64,000 nt of DNA from Bacteroidota bacterium (GTDB lineage Bacteria > Bacteroidota > Bacteroidia > NORP154), in NCBI GenBank assembly GCA_043811005.1, contig JBDRNO010000145.1, forward strand, positions 6,008 to 70,007. Direction: 5' to 3'. The translations under genes and the position numbers were made by a program. The number at the start of each line of letters is the position of its first letter. The stretch's first letter is position 1. Positions 10,801-20,629 of this stretch are shown here, in pieces. Under the pieces are notes generated by a model. The model was not told the origin of the DNA. It was given only the letters and a program-made list of their open reading frames with translations, and did no database searches.

Positions 10801-11741
10801 CAATAACCATTTCCTCCTGATCCGCCAGCGCCTCCCCCGGAACCGATTCCGTTCTGTCCCGGGAGCCCGTCTGGGGCATCATTCCCTGACCCGAAACAGA
10901 GAGATGTACCGGAACCCCTTGGACCGCCATTACCTCCATTACCACCGCCATTGCTTCCGGGAAATGATCCTGAAGCACCTGCACCGCCTGCCGTACAGCA
11001 ACCTCCATCTCCATCCCCGTTTTGACCATTCAGACCATTTGCGCCATTAACACCGCCTGTCCCGGAAATCCCGTCTGAACCGTCAGTGCCATTGCCGGCA
11101 TTTATATTGCATCGGGTTATAGAATAATTATAACAGCTATCTATTTGGACCCCATAAGTGGTAACTCCATTGCCGACAGCATCTGCAACAATGACAGTAA
11201 GGTCATGCAGCCGGAAATTGCTGATACCTACACATGAGATTGCAACAAGCCGGTTGGGAGCAGTTTGAATATTGGAATTATTACGGTAGATGACAGTAGT
11301 TTGTGAATTGGATTTTATCCAGGTAGTAGGGTCAAAGCCACCTTCCATGGTAACACCGCTTATCAAATTGAGCGTGTTGGAAATTGTATAATTCCCGGCA
11401 GCGAGCCAAAGCTGGTTGTTAAAAGGATTAGCCAGTGACAAGCCATAAGAAAGGCTGGCAGGATTGGTAATAGAGCCGGCAGCTCCACTGGAAGCGCCTG
11501 TCGGAGTGATATAGATGATGTTGCATTGCTGGGGGAAACACAGATTACACAGATTTATGAAGATTACACAGATTATGATAGTTTTCAGTAGCATGGGATT
11601 GAATCGTGAAAATCGGATAAAAAAATTCCGTGGTCCTTTGTGAGAGCCCTGTACCCTCTGTTTTGGAAAATCCAATCCCAGTGAGCGCGGGAAACCCAGA
11701 TATAACGCAGAGAATATAGAAATGACAGGATGATTTTTCAT
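7878..11741 (-). CDS. Secreted glycine-rich, multi-PKD protein with T9SS type B (gliding motility-associated) C-terminal domain; paralogue A
   Basis: GGxGGxG tracts, repeated WDFGDG PKD motifs, C-terminal IPNVFTPN..IFNRWG..GWDG..VTLVR; true start may be ATG 11594. Confidence 0.85.
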   Translation of the reverse strand: MKNHPVISIFSALYLGFPRSLGLDFPKQRVQGSHKGPRNFFIRFSRFNPMLLKTIIICVIFINLCNLCFPQQCNIIYITPTGASSGAAGSITNPASLSYGLSLANPFNNQLWLAAGNYTISNTLNLISGVTMEGGFDPTTWIKSNSQTTVIYRNNSNIQTAPNRLVAISCVGISNFRLHDLTVIVADAVGNGVTTYGVQIDSCYNYSITRCNINAGNGTDGSDGISGTGGVNGANGLNGQNGDGDGGCCTAGGAGASGSFPGSNGGGNGGNGGPRGSGTSLCFGSGNDAPDGLPGQNGIGSGGGAGGSGGNGYCDNICLSMGCDAGSANNGDDGLPGADGAIGANGLPGVPLFSNFFIQGTGQDGQIGEHGSGGGGGGGGGSQGCLWSLFGNYNGAGAGGGGGGEGGQGGSGAAGGTGGGGSFGIYIYANSINTEIKDCYTYSGIPGYGGLGGSPGGASGAGGTGGIGGNQPSSPGYDCDLGVAGDGGTGGTGGTGGNGGNGTPGISLPIFEDPGGIAAAQSDMSSPVEPEIFVKSTGCTYSDIEYTTNATGIILWYFDGGTIPLSATGNSATVQYTIMGRHSITLVVNGVPYIFTDFVGIFSDGTPYLPYVQSADSVICPGDFGSFSSSYAGLAYEWTVYDNTITTYTTPTIIHNFPTDEGTYEVHLQTESPCCGWSKIDTFEVNVVPFLEPGIYVAATSTRICDGDQVTFGAVPVNGGTNPTYQWLVNSSVSGTSSSLTTSALNDGDVVTCIMTSSYPCPLNGVAIAASAPLTINVNPLPIVNCISSKFYLGANTLFGATPTVGTPPFTYNWDFGDSGIDTGATTTHYYGATGTYSYSVSVTDSNGCTGYCNGSLTIVVAPFVAAGFMSNVIQACDSVTVTFIDTSIGNPGSWYWDFGDGTIDTLSGDTVVHTYNTSGAYSVILAATNGVYTDTVTHPNSVMVYASPVAGLSAIEQPGCHPFNPQFLDCSYGATSWQWDFGDGGNSTLQNPNHPYGDTGSYIVTLITGSNNYCYDTASISITSLPSPTAGFSSGDTLVCIESLVQFIDTSSDAISWYWDFGDGNTSIDITPSNTYYYPGSYTVSLTVENQFGCSDILTMPDMITVLPNPVPQFTAVPQLTTNLNPTIYFTDVSTGDSLAGWSWNFDDEYYSDIQNPVHTYADTGSYTVELLVTDKNGCEEVVSLIVRINPDYIFFIPNVFTPNKDELNEVFLPIGEGIDENHYKMYIFNRWGDEIFYTDDPYLGWDGTANDGRELAQSEVYVWLIITRDLLGKTHQYNGHVTLVR

Positions 11742-11743
11742 TA

Positions 11744-13462
11744 TTATTCTATTATTATTCTTCCATTCTCTAACCTTTCATGCATTATTATTAACAAATT
11801 ATAAATACCGGATGGATAGATGGATAGGTCTATTTCGGATTGGGTATCGTAGATTTCGGATTGATAAATTACCTGCCCTAATACATCATATACCTTTATT
11901 TGTACATTCGTAATTCTTGGAAATTCGCAATTCGCAGTAATAGTAAACACGCCCCTGTTTGGATTGGGATAAATCTGAATAATTTTATTTGAAATAATAC
12001 TCCCCACACCTGTTCCCCCTTCTGTTACTGTTATTAAAATAGTATCGGAATAAGAGCATCCATTGCTATCTGTTACAGTAGCATAATAGGTATGTGTTCC
12101 TTCTCCAGCGATTGAACCATCTACTGTTAATGTTGAGTTTGTGGTACTATCATTCCATAAGTAATCAGTATAGCCGGAACCGGCATTTAAAGTAATTGTT
12201 TCATAAGTATAGATAGTTGTATCATTACCTATATTGTATGTTAGATTAATGACCGATAAGGTTGTTGCTATGATGCTGTCACATCCGTCAATTGATGTCA
12301 GTGAATCGTAATAGGTACCTGCTGTGGTTCTCCATGCCCCGGCTATAAAGACACTGTCTCCGTTACAGATTGTATTCATTTGCGGGAAGGTAAAAGTGTC
12401 ATAATTAACACCCCATACTTTGACAATTCTGAAATGTCCGTCATCAAAATCCTTATTTGCATTAGTTTCCGCACCAAGAGCGACCGTACTGGACAAGTCC
12501 CATGTACTTACACCATAAACTTTATCCCGGTGAAGATGCCCGGCAAACCAAATACCGATGCTATCCTTGTATATATCCAGGTAATTTGTGATGGAGTCAT
12601 ATTCACCATAAGAAAAGGCGCTTACAGGTCCCAAGGGGTCTTTTGTAGGAGGGAAGTGTGTAAATATCAGGATATTTTTTTCAGCTTTGGAGGGGTAGTC
12701 AGCTATCTGTTGTTTAAACCATTGCCATGTTCCACCTGGAAAATCCAATAGTTCTGCCTCGGGGCTAACTCCGGAAAAAAAGAGGGGAGCATGTTCGCGT
12801 GTACCGAAATCAGCGAGTACAAAAAAGTAATTTTCATATTCAAAAGAAAAGTTTTGCAGGTATGAATAACACGCTTGATCGGCATTCCAGACCCGGGTAA
12901 GCCTTGTGCCGTTATCCCATCCGGTGAACGTGGCTTGAAGCGTATCAAAATGTTCAGCAAAGATAGTGTTGAATATAGAGTCGCCATTGGGAGAAGGTGA
13001 TTCAACGCTTGAGGCATAAGGCCATACATCGTGATTCCCAATAAGCGGAATATATGGAATTGTTAAAGAATTCAGAATCTCCCTGAATTTGTAAAATTCA
13101 GACATTTCACCACAGTGGGTAAGGTCACCGGTAATTATAACAAATTTTATCTTCAGGTCGTTTGCGTTTTGATTGAGCCAGTTTACAATATTCCTCAGCC
13201 GAATAGCAGGATCGCCGATATCTCCAACCGGCATTGTATCATTGTAGCCCGGTGAGCCGTAATCATCATCCGGAGCACCTTCACCGATATGAACATCTGT
13301 GAGTTGTACAAAGGAAAACTGCCATGAAGAACAAGACAATGTTGTATTGTGTTCGATTATTACCGTATCAGGCAAATTTATTTGTCCTGTACACAGATTA
13401 CACAGATTTAGAAAGATTACACAGATAAGTAATGCTGAGAGAATTATTGTGAATTTTTTCAT
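11744..13462 (-). CDS. Secreted calcineurin-like metallophosphoesterase with T9SS type A C-terminal domain
   Basis: TDVH, TGD, GNHD and GHLH motifs; signal peptide; IYPNP..G.Y CTD. Confidence 0.85.
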   Translation of the reverse strand: MKKFTIILSALLICVIFLNLCNLCTGQINLPDTVIIEHNTTLSCSSWQFSFVQLTDVHIGEGAPDDDYGSPGYNDTMPVGDIGDPAIRLRNIVNWLNQNANDLKIKFVIITGDLTHCGEMSEFYKFREILNSLTIPYIPLIGNHDVWPYASSVESPSPNGDSIFNTIFAEHFDTLQATFTGWDNGTRLTRVWNADQACYSYLQNFSFEYENYFFVLADFGTREHAPLFFSGVSPEAELLDFPGGTWQWFKQQIADYPSKAEKNILIFTHFPPTKDPLGPVSAFSYGEYDSITNYLDIYKDSIGIWFAGHLHRDKVYGVSTWDLSSTVALGAETNANKDFDDGHFRIVKVWGVNYDTFTFPQMNTICNGDSVFIAGAWRTTAGTYYDSLTSIDGCDSIIATTLSVINLTYNIGNDTTIYTYETITLNAGSGYTDYLWNDSTTNSTLTVDGSIAGEGTHTYYATVTDSNGCSYSDTILITVTEGGTGVGSIISNKIIQIYPNPNRGVFTITANCEFPRITNVQIKVYDVLGQVIYQSEIYDTQSEIDLSIYPSGIYNLLIIMHERLENGRIIIE

Positions 13463-13468
13463 GGTTAA

Positions 13469-13588
13469 TTATCTCTTTTCGCCTTTAATCATTTCTTCCA
13501 TGGTCCTTTCAGCTTCTTCAACGAATTTTGTTGCTCTTTTGAATTGTAATTCCGCGTCTTCTTTTCTGATATCTACGAAATCTTGATA
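13469..13588 (-). pseudogene. Orphan 3' fragment resembling the C-terminal helix of a HEPN-domain protein
   Basis: Manual translation YQDFVDIRKEDAELQFKRATKFVEEAERTMEEMIKGEKR*; no start of its own, abuts the upstream stop. Confidence 0.45.
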
Positions 13589-13596
13589 AATTATTT

Positions 13597-16500
13597 TTAA
13601 TTTTTAATGATTCGCCTGTAATAACTCCGTCCGTTATAATTGATCTCTAAGAAATATAAGCCAGGGCTAAGACTTCCTATATTTTTAAAATTCAGGAAGT
13701 CTGACATTCTAAAAAGATGTATACCAGAAGCAGTTTGATTCTTCTCAATTATTTTTATCTTCTGTCCATGGATGTTCAATAAAGATACCTGAAAAGAACC
13801 TTCCTGGGGTAAATTTATAGAAACGTTAATTTCTAAAGAAAATGGATTCGGGTAAACCCGGGTCTCAAAACCTGCCTGTTCGTCTACTGGTGGAAACTCA
13901 TTTGTACCAGGAACTACATACTCTTCAACATTTATAAAGTTAGATTTTTGAATAGTGTCGGTGCATCCGTAATCATTGGTTATTATTAAAGTTACGGTAT
14001 AGTTTCCGGCAGTAGCATAAACATGCACAGGATTTTGAACAGTATCTGTACCACCATCTCCAAAATTCCAATCCCACATCCATGCATTGACGGAATTGTC
14101 GGCAAAATAAACAGTATCTCCCTCTTCTACAGTGGTTTGCGGAAATGCCTGGAAATTAGCAACAGGGCTTGGAAAAACCAATACCTGGTTTGTTACCGTA
14201 GCGCTGTCGCCACCAGGCCCTCCATAAGTATGTAAGGTAACAGTATAAGTTCCCGGGTTAATATAAGTATGGTTTGGGTTCTCAAAAATTGAAGTATTGC
14301 CATCTCCAAAATCCCATAAATAAGTGATCGCATCGATACTTGTATTTGTAAAGTCAACCAGCAGTGGGGCACAGCCGTTAAATGTTGAGGCGGTAAAATC
14401 CGCGGTTAACGTGCTTGATAGGGTAACGAGATTGTTACAGCTACCCGAACACCCGTTTGAATCAACAACTTCAACCTGTGCAAGATAAGTTCCGGCATTT
14501 AGATAGATATGAGCAACAGAATCTCCGGAACCCATCATTGCATCCCCGAAATTCCATATATAGGTGAATGGTGGCAATCCCCCGAAAATAACGGAAGCAG
14601 AAAAATAGGTGGGTTCACCTGTAATAAATGAATCGGCAGTGCAACTAATAACCGGAATGCCAACGACCGTAACAGTGATTGAGTTGGAAGTATCAACAAG
14701 GCCGCTTGAACAATTAAGAGTGGAAAAGACTATGCAATTCACCACGTCACTATCTGCAAGAGTTGAAGTAGAGAATGTCGGGCTGTTTGAGCCGGTAGGA
14801 ATTCCATTGACCTGCCAGAGGTAATTGGGGATTACACCGGCATCAGTAGTAGATGCGCTGAATGTGAGGGTAGTACCATTGCAAACCATGTTGGTGGTGT
14901 CGCTTGATTGAATAACCACAGATGGCTGGATGACGGGATTCACGGTTACTGTGAAAGTATCTGGGAAAGATATACCGGCACAGGAATTAATGGTTTGCAA
15001 AATTACATCATAAGTGCCTGCCGAGTCAAATGGGTAAGGTATTGATATGGATCCCGGGCCGGATACCGTATCAGAAGCGCCATTCCCCTGAATTATCCAT
15101 ATATAATCAGCAGCGGTTACAGAAGAGATGAACGTGCCCTGATCTCCTTCACAAAGCGAGTCGCTGGAAGAACCTATTGTTGGGTTCAGTCCGCTGCCAT
15201 TTTCATAAATTTCAATAAATTCATAATATGTGTAAGGAATTCCATTTACAACCATCGTAAAGGTTTTTCTTCCGGTTGTCGTAAATGTAGTTGTGGAAGG
15301 GCTGCCGCTTCCAAAAGAGGGTACAGCCCCGGCTCCATAATACCAGTCAATTGTTCCGGTTGAGGTGGTGGAAAAAGTAACAGGTGCGTCTGTATAACCT
15401 GAATATTTGATAAATACGAATGGTTGTTGTAAACTATTAATATTCATAAAGCTAACAGGGATGCCGGCGGGATCTTCATAAAGAGTGTAATTTACGCCAT
15501 TGGCGCCATTTCCTCCAGCTCCTCCGTCTCCGCCTTTACCGCCATTACCGCCATCACCTCCTGAGCCCACATAGCAATTACCATCCCCTCCTCTTGCACC
15601 TCCGTTACCGTTCAATCCACCAGTACCTCCTGCTCCGCCTAAACCACCTAAACCGGGGCTGCCGGGGGTTAGCTGGCAATCTCTGATAACACCGTTTCCT
15701 CCATTGGCATTGATATAAATAGCAAAAGACCCGCCACCACCGGTACCTCCAATCCCACCCTGTGCTGTCTGCCCTCCTTCGCCACCGCCACCGCCACCGG
15801 CACCGGAGCCGTTCCAATTTGGGGGCAAACCGAAAAGGCAATCATAAGGTATCCCTCCGAGAGAGCCACCACCACCTCCTCCGCCACCACCGGTACCATG
15901 TGTGCCTGCAGTGCCTGCAGTACCGTTGCCGGGAATAAAAAATCCACCGGCAAATATCTCTACTCCATCATTTCCTGGGGTTCCATCAGCGCCATCAGTA
16001 CCGTTAACTCCTGGGAAACCATCATGTTTATCAGGGGTACAAGTGACAGGATAATAGCAAACAATTACTTTCATACCGCCATTTCCACCGATACCACCAC
16101 CTGTTCCCGCTCCGGGTTGTCCGCTGTAACCATTAGTAGCATGAATGGGTTGACCGCATGCAAAAGCACAGTCAGCTGTTCCTCTTTCACCACCATCACC
16201 ACCATCTCCTCCGGCATTGCTCCCCACAAAAGAACCCGAAGCGCCATTACCTCCAAATGTACAGCAAGGACCTTGTTCATCTCCATCCTGTCCGGATGTT
16301 CCGTTGGCGCCTGCTATTCCATTAATACCATTTGTTCCATTATCCCCGTTACCTCCATTACCTGAAATAAATTTACACCTTATAATGTTATAATCAGAGC
16401 AATTGCCTAAATACAAAGCATAGGATGAAATTCCATTAGCAAAAGCGGCTGCGCTTCTGATGGTCAGGTCCTGCAGCCGGAAATTTGATATACTTATGCA

Positions 16501-16929
16501 ATACATTGCAACCAACCTGTTTGGTGATGGTTCAATGTTTGAGATATCCCTGTATATGGTGGTGGAAGTTGAATTGCTTTTTTCCCAGGTAATGGCGTCA
16601 AATCCGCCCTCGAGAGTAATATTGTTCAGCATATAAAGAGGATTATAGATAATATAAGTGCCGGAGGACATGTGTATTTTATTATCGGTTGCATTGACAA
16701 GAGTTAAGCCGTATAATAATTCTGCCGGGTTTGCCTTGGTTCCTGCTGCCCCGCTGGTGGCTCCGTTAGGGGTTACATAAACGATTTTGCATTCCTGGGC
16801 GAAAGCCCCTCCCTTGCCCTCCCAGAAGGGGAGGGAGAAAGGTATCGCACTGCAAATGATAGATATTACACAGTATAAAAGGAAGGATTTTATGTTTTTT
16901 GTTAAAGGCATTGTTTTTTTAATAATCAA
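13597..16929 (-). CDS. Secreted glycine-rich PKD protein with T9SS type A CTD; paralogue B
   Basis: Same N-terminal module as A and C (YVTPNGATSGAAGTKANPA), Gly tracts, PKD motifs, VYPNP CTD. Confidence 0.85.
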   Translation of the reverse strand: MIIKKTMPLTKNIKSFLLYCVISIICSAIPFSLPFWEGKGGAFAQECKIVYVTPNGATSGAAGTKANPAELLYGLTLVNATDNKIHMSSGTYIIYNPLYMLNNITLEGGFDAITWEKSNSTSTTIYRDISNIEPSPNRLVAMYCISISNFRLQDLTIRSAAAFANGISSYALYLGNCSDYNIIRCKFISGNGGNGDNGTNGINGIAGANGTSGQDGDEQGPCCTFGGNGASGSFVGSNAGGDGGDGGERGTADCAFACGQPIHATNGYSGQPGAGTGGGIGGNGGMKVIVCYYPVTCTPDKHDGFPGVNGTDGADGTPGNDGVEIFAGGFFIPGNGTAGTAGTHGTGGGGGGGGGSLGGIPYDCLFGLPPNWNGSGAGGGGGGEGGQTAQGGIGGTGGGGSFAIYINANGGNGVIRDCQLTPGSPGLGGLGGAGGTGGLNGNGGARGGDGNCYVGSGGDGGNGGKGGDGGAGGNGANGVNYTLYEDPAGIPVSFMNINSLQQPFVFIKYSGYTDAPVTFSTTSTGTIDWYYGAGAVPSFGSGSPSTTTFTTTGRKTFTMVVNGIPYTYYEFIEIYENGSGLNPTIGSSSDSLCEGDQGTFISSVTAADYIWIIQGNGASDTVSGPGSISIPYPFDSAGTYDVILQTINSCAGISFPDTFTVTVNPVIQPSVVIQSSDTTNMVCNGTTLTFSASTTDAGVIPNYLWQVNGIPTGSNSPTFSTSTLADSDVVNCIVFSTLNCSSGLVDTSNSITVTVVGIPVISCTADSFITGEPTYFSASVIFGGLPPFTYIWNFGDAMMGSGDSVAHIYLNAGTYLAQVEVVDSNGCSGSCNNLVTLSSTLTADFTASTFNGCAPLLVDFTNTSIDAITYLWDFGDGNTSIFENPNHTYINPGTYTVTLHTYGGPGGDSATVTNQVLVFPSPVANFQAFPQTTVEEGDTVYFADNSVNAWMWDWNFGDGGTDTVQNPVHVYATAGNYTVTLIITNDYGCTDTIQKSNFINVEEYVVPGTNEFPPVDEQAGFETRVYPNPFSLEINVSINLPQEGSFQVSLLNIHGQKIKIIEKNQTASGIHLFRMSDFLNFKNIGSLSPGLYFLEINYNGRSYYRRIIKN

Positions 16930-17091
16930 TTTTTATAGGGTCTTGCCTGGTATCGTATATATTAAGTAATATGATTCTATTCCCTTTTATTCTATAAACT
17001 AACATATTTTGAGGCGAGAATAGCAATTTTCTTAAGCCTTTTTTCTTTTGTGATTTTATAAAATCATGCGGATTTCGTTGAATTTTTCTCC

Positions 17092-20000
17092 TTAATAAAC
17101 TATAACTTTTTTAATTATAAATCCCTGCAATGATCGCAGTTTTACAAAATATATTCCTTTACCGGGTAAAGAGACATCATATTTCATGTCTTTATTGAGC
17201 GAAATATAATTTTGCTCTACCTTTTGACCCATAATATTGATAATTTTCAGGTCAAGTTCTTGTTCTGTATCAGGGTTTGCCTCTATTGTAAACTGCCCAT
17301 TATTTGGATTAGGATAAACCTGTAACCTGCAACTTGCAACCTGCAACTCATTCATTCCCACAGTAGTATCAACCGGCTCTTCGGGTTTTATCACTACTAT
17401 TATATCAGTTGCAAAATCAGAGCAATTATAATTATAGGCAGTTAAAGTAACATAATAGATACCCGTATCAACATAAGCATGGGTTGGGTTCTGAAGTGTG
17501 GAGATTTGGCTTCCGTCACCGAAATCCCATTCCCATGATGATGAGTTGATACAGGTGTTGGTGAAGGTTACCATTCCAAGTCCTTCAATGTCTACAGTAT
17601 CTGAGCTGGGGATAAAGCCCGCAACCAAGCCGAATGAAGCACAATCATTCAGTACATCTATTGTTGATAAAGCTGTGTCGAAGCATATTCCGTTACTGAC
17701 AATTAAAAATAATGGGTACTCCCCGGCAGAAGGATAGGTATGAGTTGGGTTTTGTGTGCTGTCATTGAGGGAGCCGTCACCGAAATTCCAGTTCCATATA
17801 GTTGGAGGAGGGGAGGAATTATCGGTAAATGAAACAGTGGCGTTAACAGTGGTTGAAGCAGGTGCGGTAAATGAAGCGGCTAAAGATGGAAGAACGGTAA
17901 GAACCATGTCGTCTTGAGCGGTGCATCCATATTGGTTGATCACGGTAACAGAATAAGTTCCTCCGCTTGTGGTTTGAAAAGATTGTGTGTTACTCCCCAA
18001 AGGTATACCATTTAATTCCCAAATATAATCAGAGCCAGGGTTTCCTGCATTTAAAACAGGGTTTGGCTCATTATCGCAGATCGTAAGGTTAACTCCAAGG
18101 TCAACAGTGGGCTCGCTTATAGATAATGTTAAGGCATCTGTGCCTGTACACCCCGTGGGGCTTATAACAGTAACTTCATAAGTGCCGGGAATTGTGGTTT
18201 GCAATGTTTGGGTATTTGTCCCTACAGGATTTCCGTCAAGTTCCCACATATAAGAAGCCATGCCGGGTATTCCGGCATCCAGAACAGGAAAAGGATCGGT
18301 TGTGCAAATGGCAGTATCGCCACCCAGGTCAACGGGCAGGGAAGTATATATGTCAAATATCATTGTGTCGGATTGAGAGCAGCTTCCATAGCTTACATTA
18401 ACGGAATATATACCCGGAGTGGAGGTTTGCAGGGTTTGGGAGTTGCCCCCAACAGGGCTTCCGTCCAGTGTCCATGAATATGTTGCACCGGGATTTCCAG
18501 CGTCAAGCACGGGGAGTGTGTCGGTAAAACAGATGGAAGTATCGGAACCAATATTAACGGCAACACTGCTTAATACGGTAATTTCAAGTTCGGTAAAGGA
18601 TGTGCCGCAACAGCTTGTTGTTTCAAGGGTGATATTATAAGCCCCGGGATTATTAAAAGTAACATAACCCGGATTTTGCTGGGTTGATGAGGTTATGGAA
18701 CCTCCGGGTATCGTCCAATTATAAGATAATGCGGTTGAAGAAGTGGAAAAATCAATACCATCACTTGTGCAGATGGTTAATGCTGTAGCGGTTATTTCCG
18801 GAGGGGTAAAATCCTGGGTAATATTGATGAAATTCGCAAAAGAATAAGGAGTGCCATCTACTATGAGAGTAATAGTTCTGAATCCCGGGTTGCCGTTATC
18901 GTATTGAACAGTTTCATTTGCGCCTGAGCCGGTTGCGGGATTTGCGCCAAAGCCAAAGATCCAATTGATATTACCTGTAGCAATAACGCTAAAGATAAAA
19001 TCCGTGTTCGAGCAGCCGGAATATTCAACCGTTATTTCGGGTTCAAACGGGTTGTAAGAATCGGAAAATAAAATAGGGTAGCCGGCAGGGTCCTGGTATA
19101 TATCCATACTTACGCCATCAGAGCCAGTCCCTCCGGCACCACCAGTACCGCCAGTACCGCCAGTACCTCCGTTTCCGCCTTCACCTGTATTACAACTGCC
19201 AATAAGATCCGGAGCTAAGCCGGTTTTACCACCTTGCCCGCCCGAACCACCGGTACCGCCGGCACCACCGGGCCCTCCGGCACCACCAGAACCACCGGGT
19301 CCGGGGTTTGTAACACAATCCCTGATCACCCCGTTAGCGCCATTTGACCATATAAAGACTGCAAAAGAACTACCTCCTCCATAGCCACCACTACCGGCAA
19401 ATCCACTCTGACCACCTTCACCGCCACCACCGCCACCGCCACCGGAGCCGGAGACGTAAGATATAGTATCTCCATCAAGTGGATCTATGACAGCGGGTTC
19501 GCAGCCTTTGGCGCCTCCACCGCCACCACCTCCGCCTCCTCCTGCGTGGATCCCGTCAGTTCCAATGGTACCGGTGCCAGGAATATAGAAACCGGCTGTG
19601 AGGACGGCAACACCCTGAGTTCCAACAGAACCGGCAGTTCCATCCACACCGTTTTGACCTGTTTCTCCGTGATTAGTGGGTTTTATATAACAACTGTCAA
19701 CATAGTATTGAAGTTCACACAATCCTGCCCCACCGTTACCTCCTGCACTTCCGCCTAAACCTAAGCCCGGATAACCGGGCGATCCGGGATTTGTATAATC
19801 GCTTCCGGGAGCAACATATACAAGTCCAAGAATAGAGTCAATTGAAAACCCACCTCTTTCTGCACCCAGTCCACCTACACCCCCGGCATTATTTCCGGCG
19901 AAAGAGCCGGAACCTCCCGCGCCACCCAACTTGCAGCAATTTCCCTCTTCCTGCCCGGATTCTCCCCCCAAACCATCTGCACCATTCATGCCATTTGCTC

Positions 20001-20541
20001 CGGGAGTGCCGGTAAACCCATCAGAACCATTTCCAGCATTGATGATACATCTTGATATAATATAATCAGAACATCCCGATAGATATATCCCGTAAGCAGT
20101 AACACCATCACCAAACGCATCATCCATATTGATGGTGATGTCTAATATCCTAAAAGTTGAGATACCAATACATGAAATAGCAATAAGGCGATTTGGCGAA
20201 GTGAGGATATTATTATTATCCCGGTGAATGATGGTTGTTGACATGTTGCTTTTAGCCCAGGTGGTAGAGTTAAAGCCCCCCTCTATAGTAAGGTTATCTT
20301 GCATATTCAGCTCAGATGAGATATTATAAGTACCTGAAGCCATCCTGATGATATTATCTGAAGGGCTGACGAGGGAGAGGCCAAAGGGGAGATCAGCTGG
20401 ATTGCTCTTTGTCCCTGCCGTTCCACTGGAAGCGCCACCGGGAGTGATGTAAATATATCCGCACTCTTGAGCCGGAGCAAAAGAAAATTGGGAAAGAAAA
20501 AAGTAAAAAGTAAATAATGTAAATATCTTTTTACGATTCAT
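17092..20541 (-). CDS. Secreted glycine-rich PKD protein with T9SS type A CTD; paralogue C
   Basis: Signal peptide from ATG 20541 (MNRKKIF; ORF track starts 20589), shared N-module, Gly tracts, LDAGNPG repeats, PKD, VYPNP CTD. Confidence 0.85.
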   Translation of the reverse strand: MNRKKIFTLFTFYFFLSQFSFAPAQECGYIYITPGGASSGTAGTKSNPADLPFGLSLVSPSDNIIRMASGTYNISSELNMQDNLTIEGGFNSTTWAKSNMSTTIIHRDNNNILTSPNRLIAISCIGISTFRILDITINMDDAFGDGVTAYGIYLSGCSDYIISRCIINAGNGSDGFTGTPGANGMNGADGLGGESGQEEGNCCKLGGAGGSGSFAGNNAGGVGGLGAERGGFSIDSILGLVYVAPGSDYTNPGSPGYPGLGLGGSAGGNGGAGLCELQYYVDSCYIKPTNHGETGQNGVDGTAGSVGTQGVAVLTAGFYIPGTGTIGTDGIHAGGGGGGGGGGAKGCEPAVIDPLDGDTISYVSGSGGGGGGGGEGGQSGFAGSGGYGGGSSFAVFIWSNGANGVIRDCVTNPGPGGSGGAGGPGGAGGTGGSGGQGGKTGLAPDLIGSCNTGEGGNGGTGGTGGTGGAGGTGSDGVSMDIYQDPAGYPILFSDSYNPFEPEITVEYSGCSNTDFIFSVIATGNINWIFGFGANPATGSGANETVQYDNGNPGFRTITLIVDGTPYSFANFINITQDFTPPEITATALTICTSDGIDFSTSSTALSYNWTIPGGSITSSTQQNPGYVTFNNPGAYNITLETTSCCGTSFTELEITVLSSVAVNIGSDTSICFTDTLPVLDAGNPGATYSWTLDGSPVGGNSQTLQTSTPGIYSVNVSYGSCSQSDTMIFDIYTSLPVDLGGDTAICTTDPFPVLDAGIPGMASYMWELDGNPVGTNTQTLQTTIPGTYEVTVISPTGCTGTDALTLSISEPTVDLGVNLTICDNEPNPVLNAGNPGSDYIWELNGIPLGSNTQSFQTTSGGTYSVTVINQYGCTAQDDMVLTVLPSLAASFTAPASTTVNATVSFTDNSSPPPTIWNWNFGDGSLNDSTQNPTHTYPSAGEYPLFLIVSNGICFDTALSTIDVLNDCASFGLVAGFIPSSDTVDIEGLGMVTFTNTCINSSSWEWDFGDGSQISTLQNPTHAYVDTGIYYVTLTAYNYNCSDFATDIIVVIKPEEPVDTTVGMNELQVASCRLQVYPNPNNGQFTIEANPDTEQELDLKIINIMGQKVEQNYISLNKDMKYDVSLPGKGIYFVKLRSLQGFIIKKVIVY

Positions 20542-20602
20542 TTTAGTATAATTTAATACAATGATAGAAAAAAAAATAAAAGTATACAAGTTAATAAATT
20601 GA

Positions 20603-20629
20603 AGACGGATTTTGGTTATATAAGTTGCC
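20603..20629 (-). promoter_or_regulatory. Possible ECF-sigma promoter for the glycine-rich gene cluster
   Basis: Minus strand reads GGCAAC-N16-CGTCT, the AAC/CGT pattern of ECF promoters, about 60 nt before ATG 20541. Confidence 0.3.

Noticed and set aside
10340-11029. 229-aa and other alternative-frame ORFs over the Gly-rich genes
   Set aside because: Shadow frames of GGN-rich, stop-poor sequence
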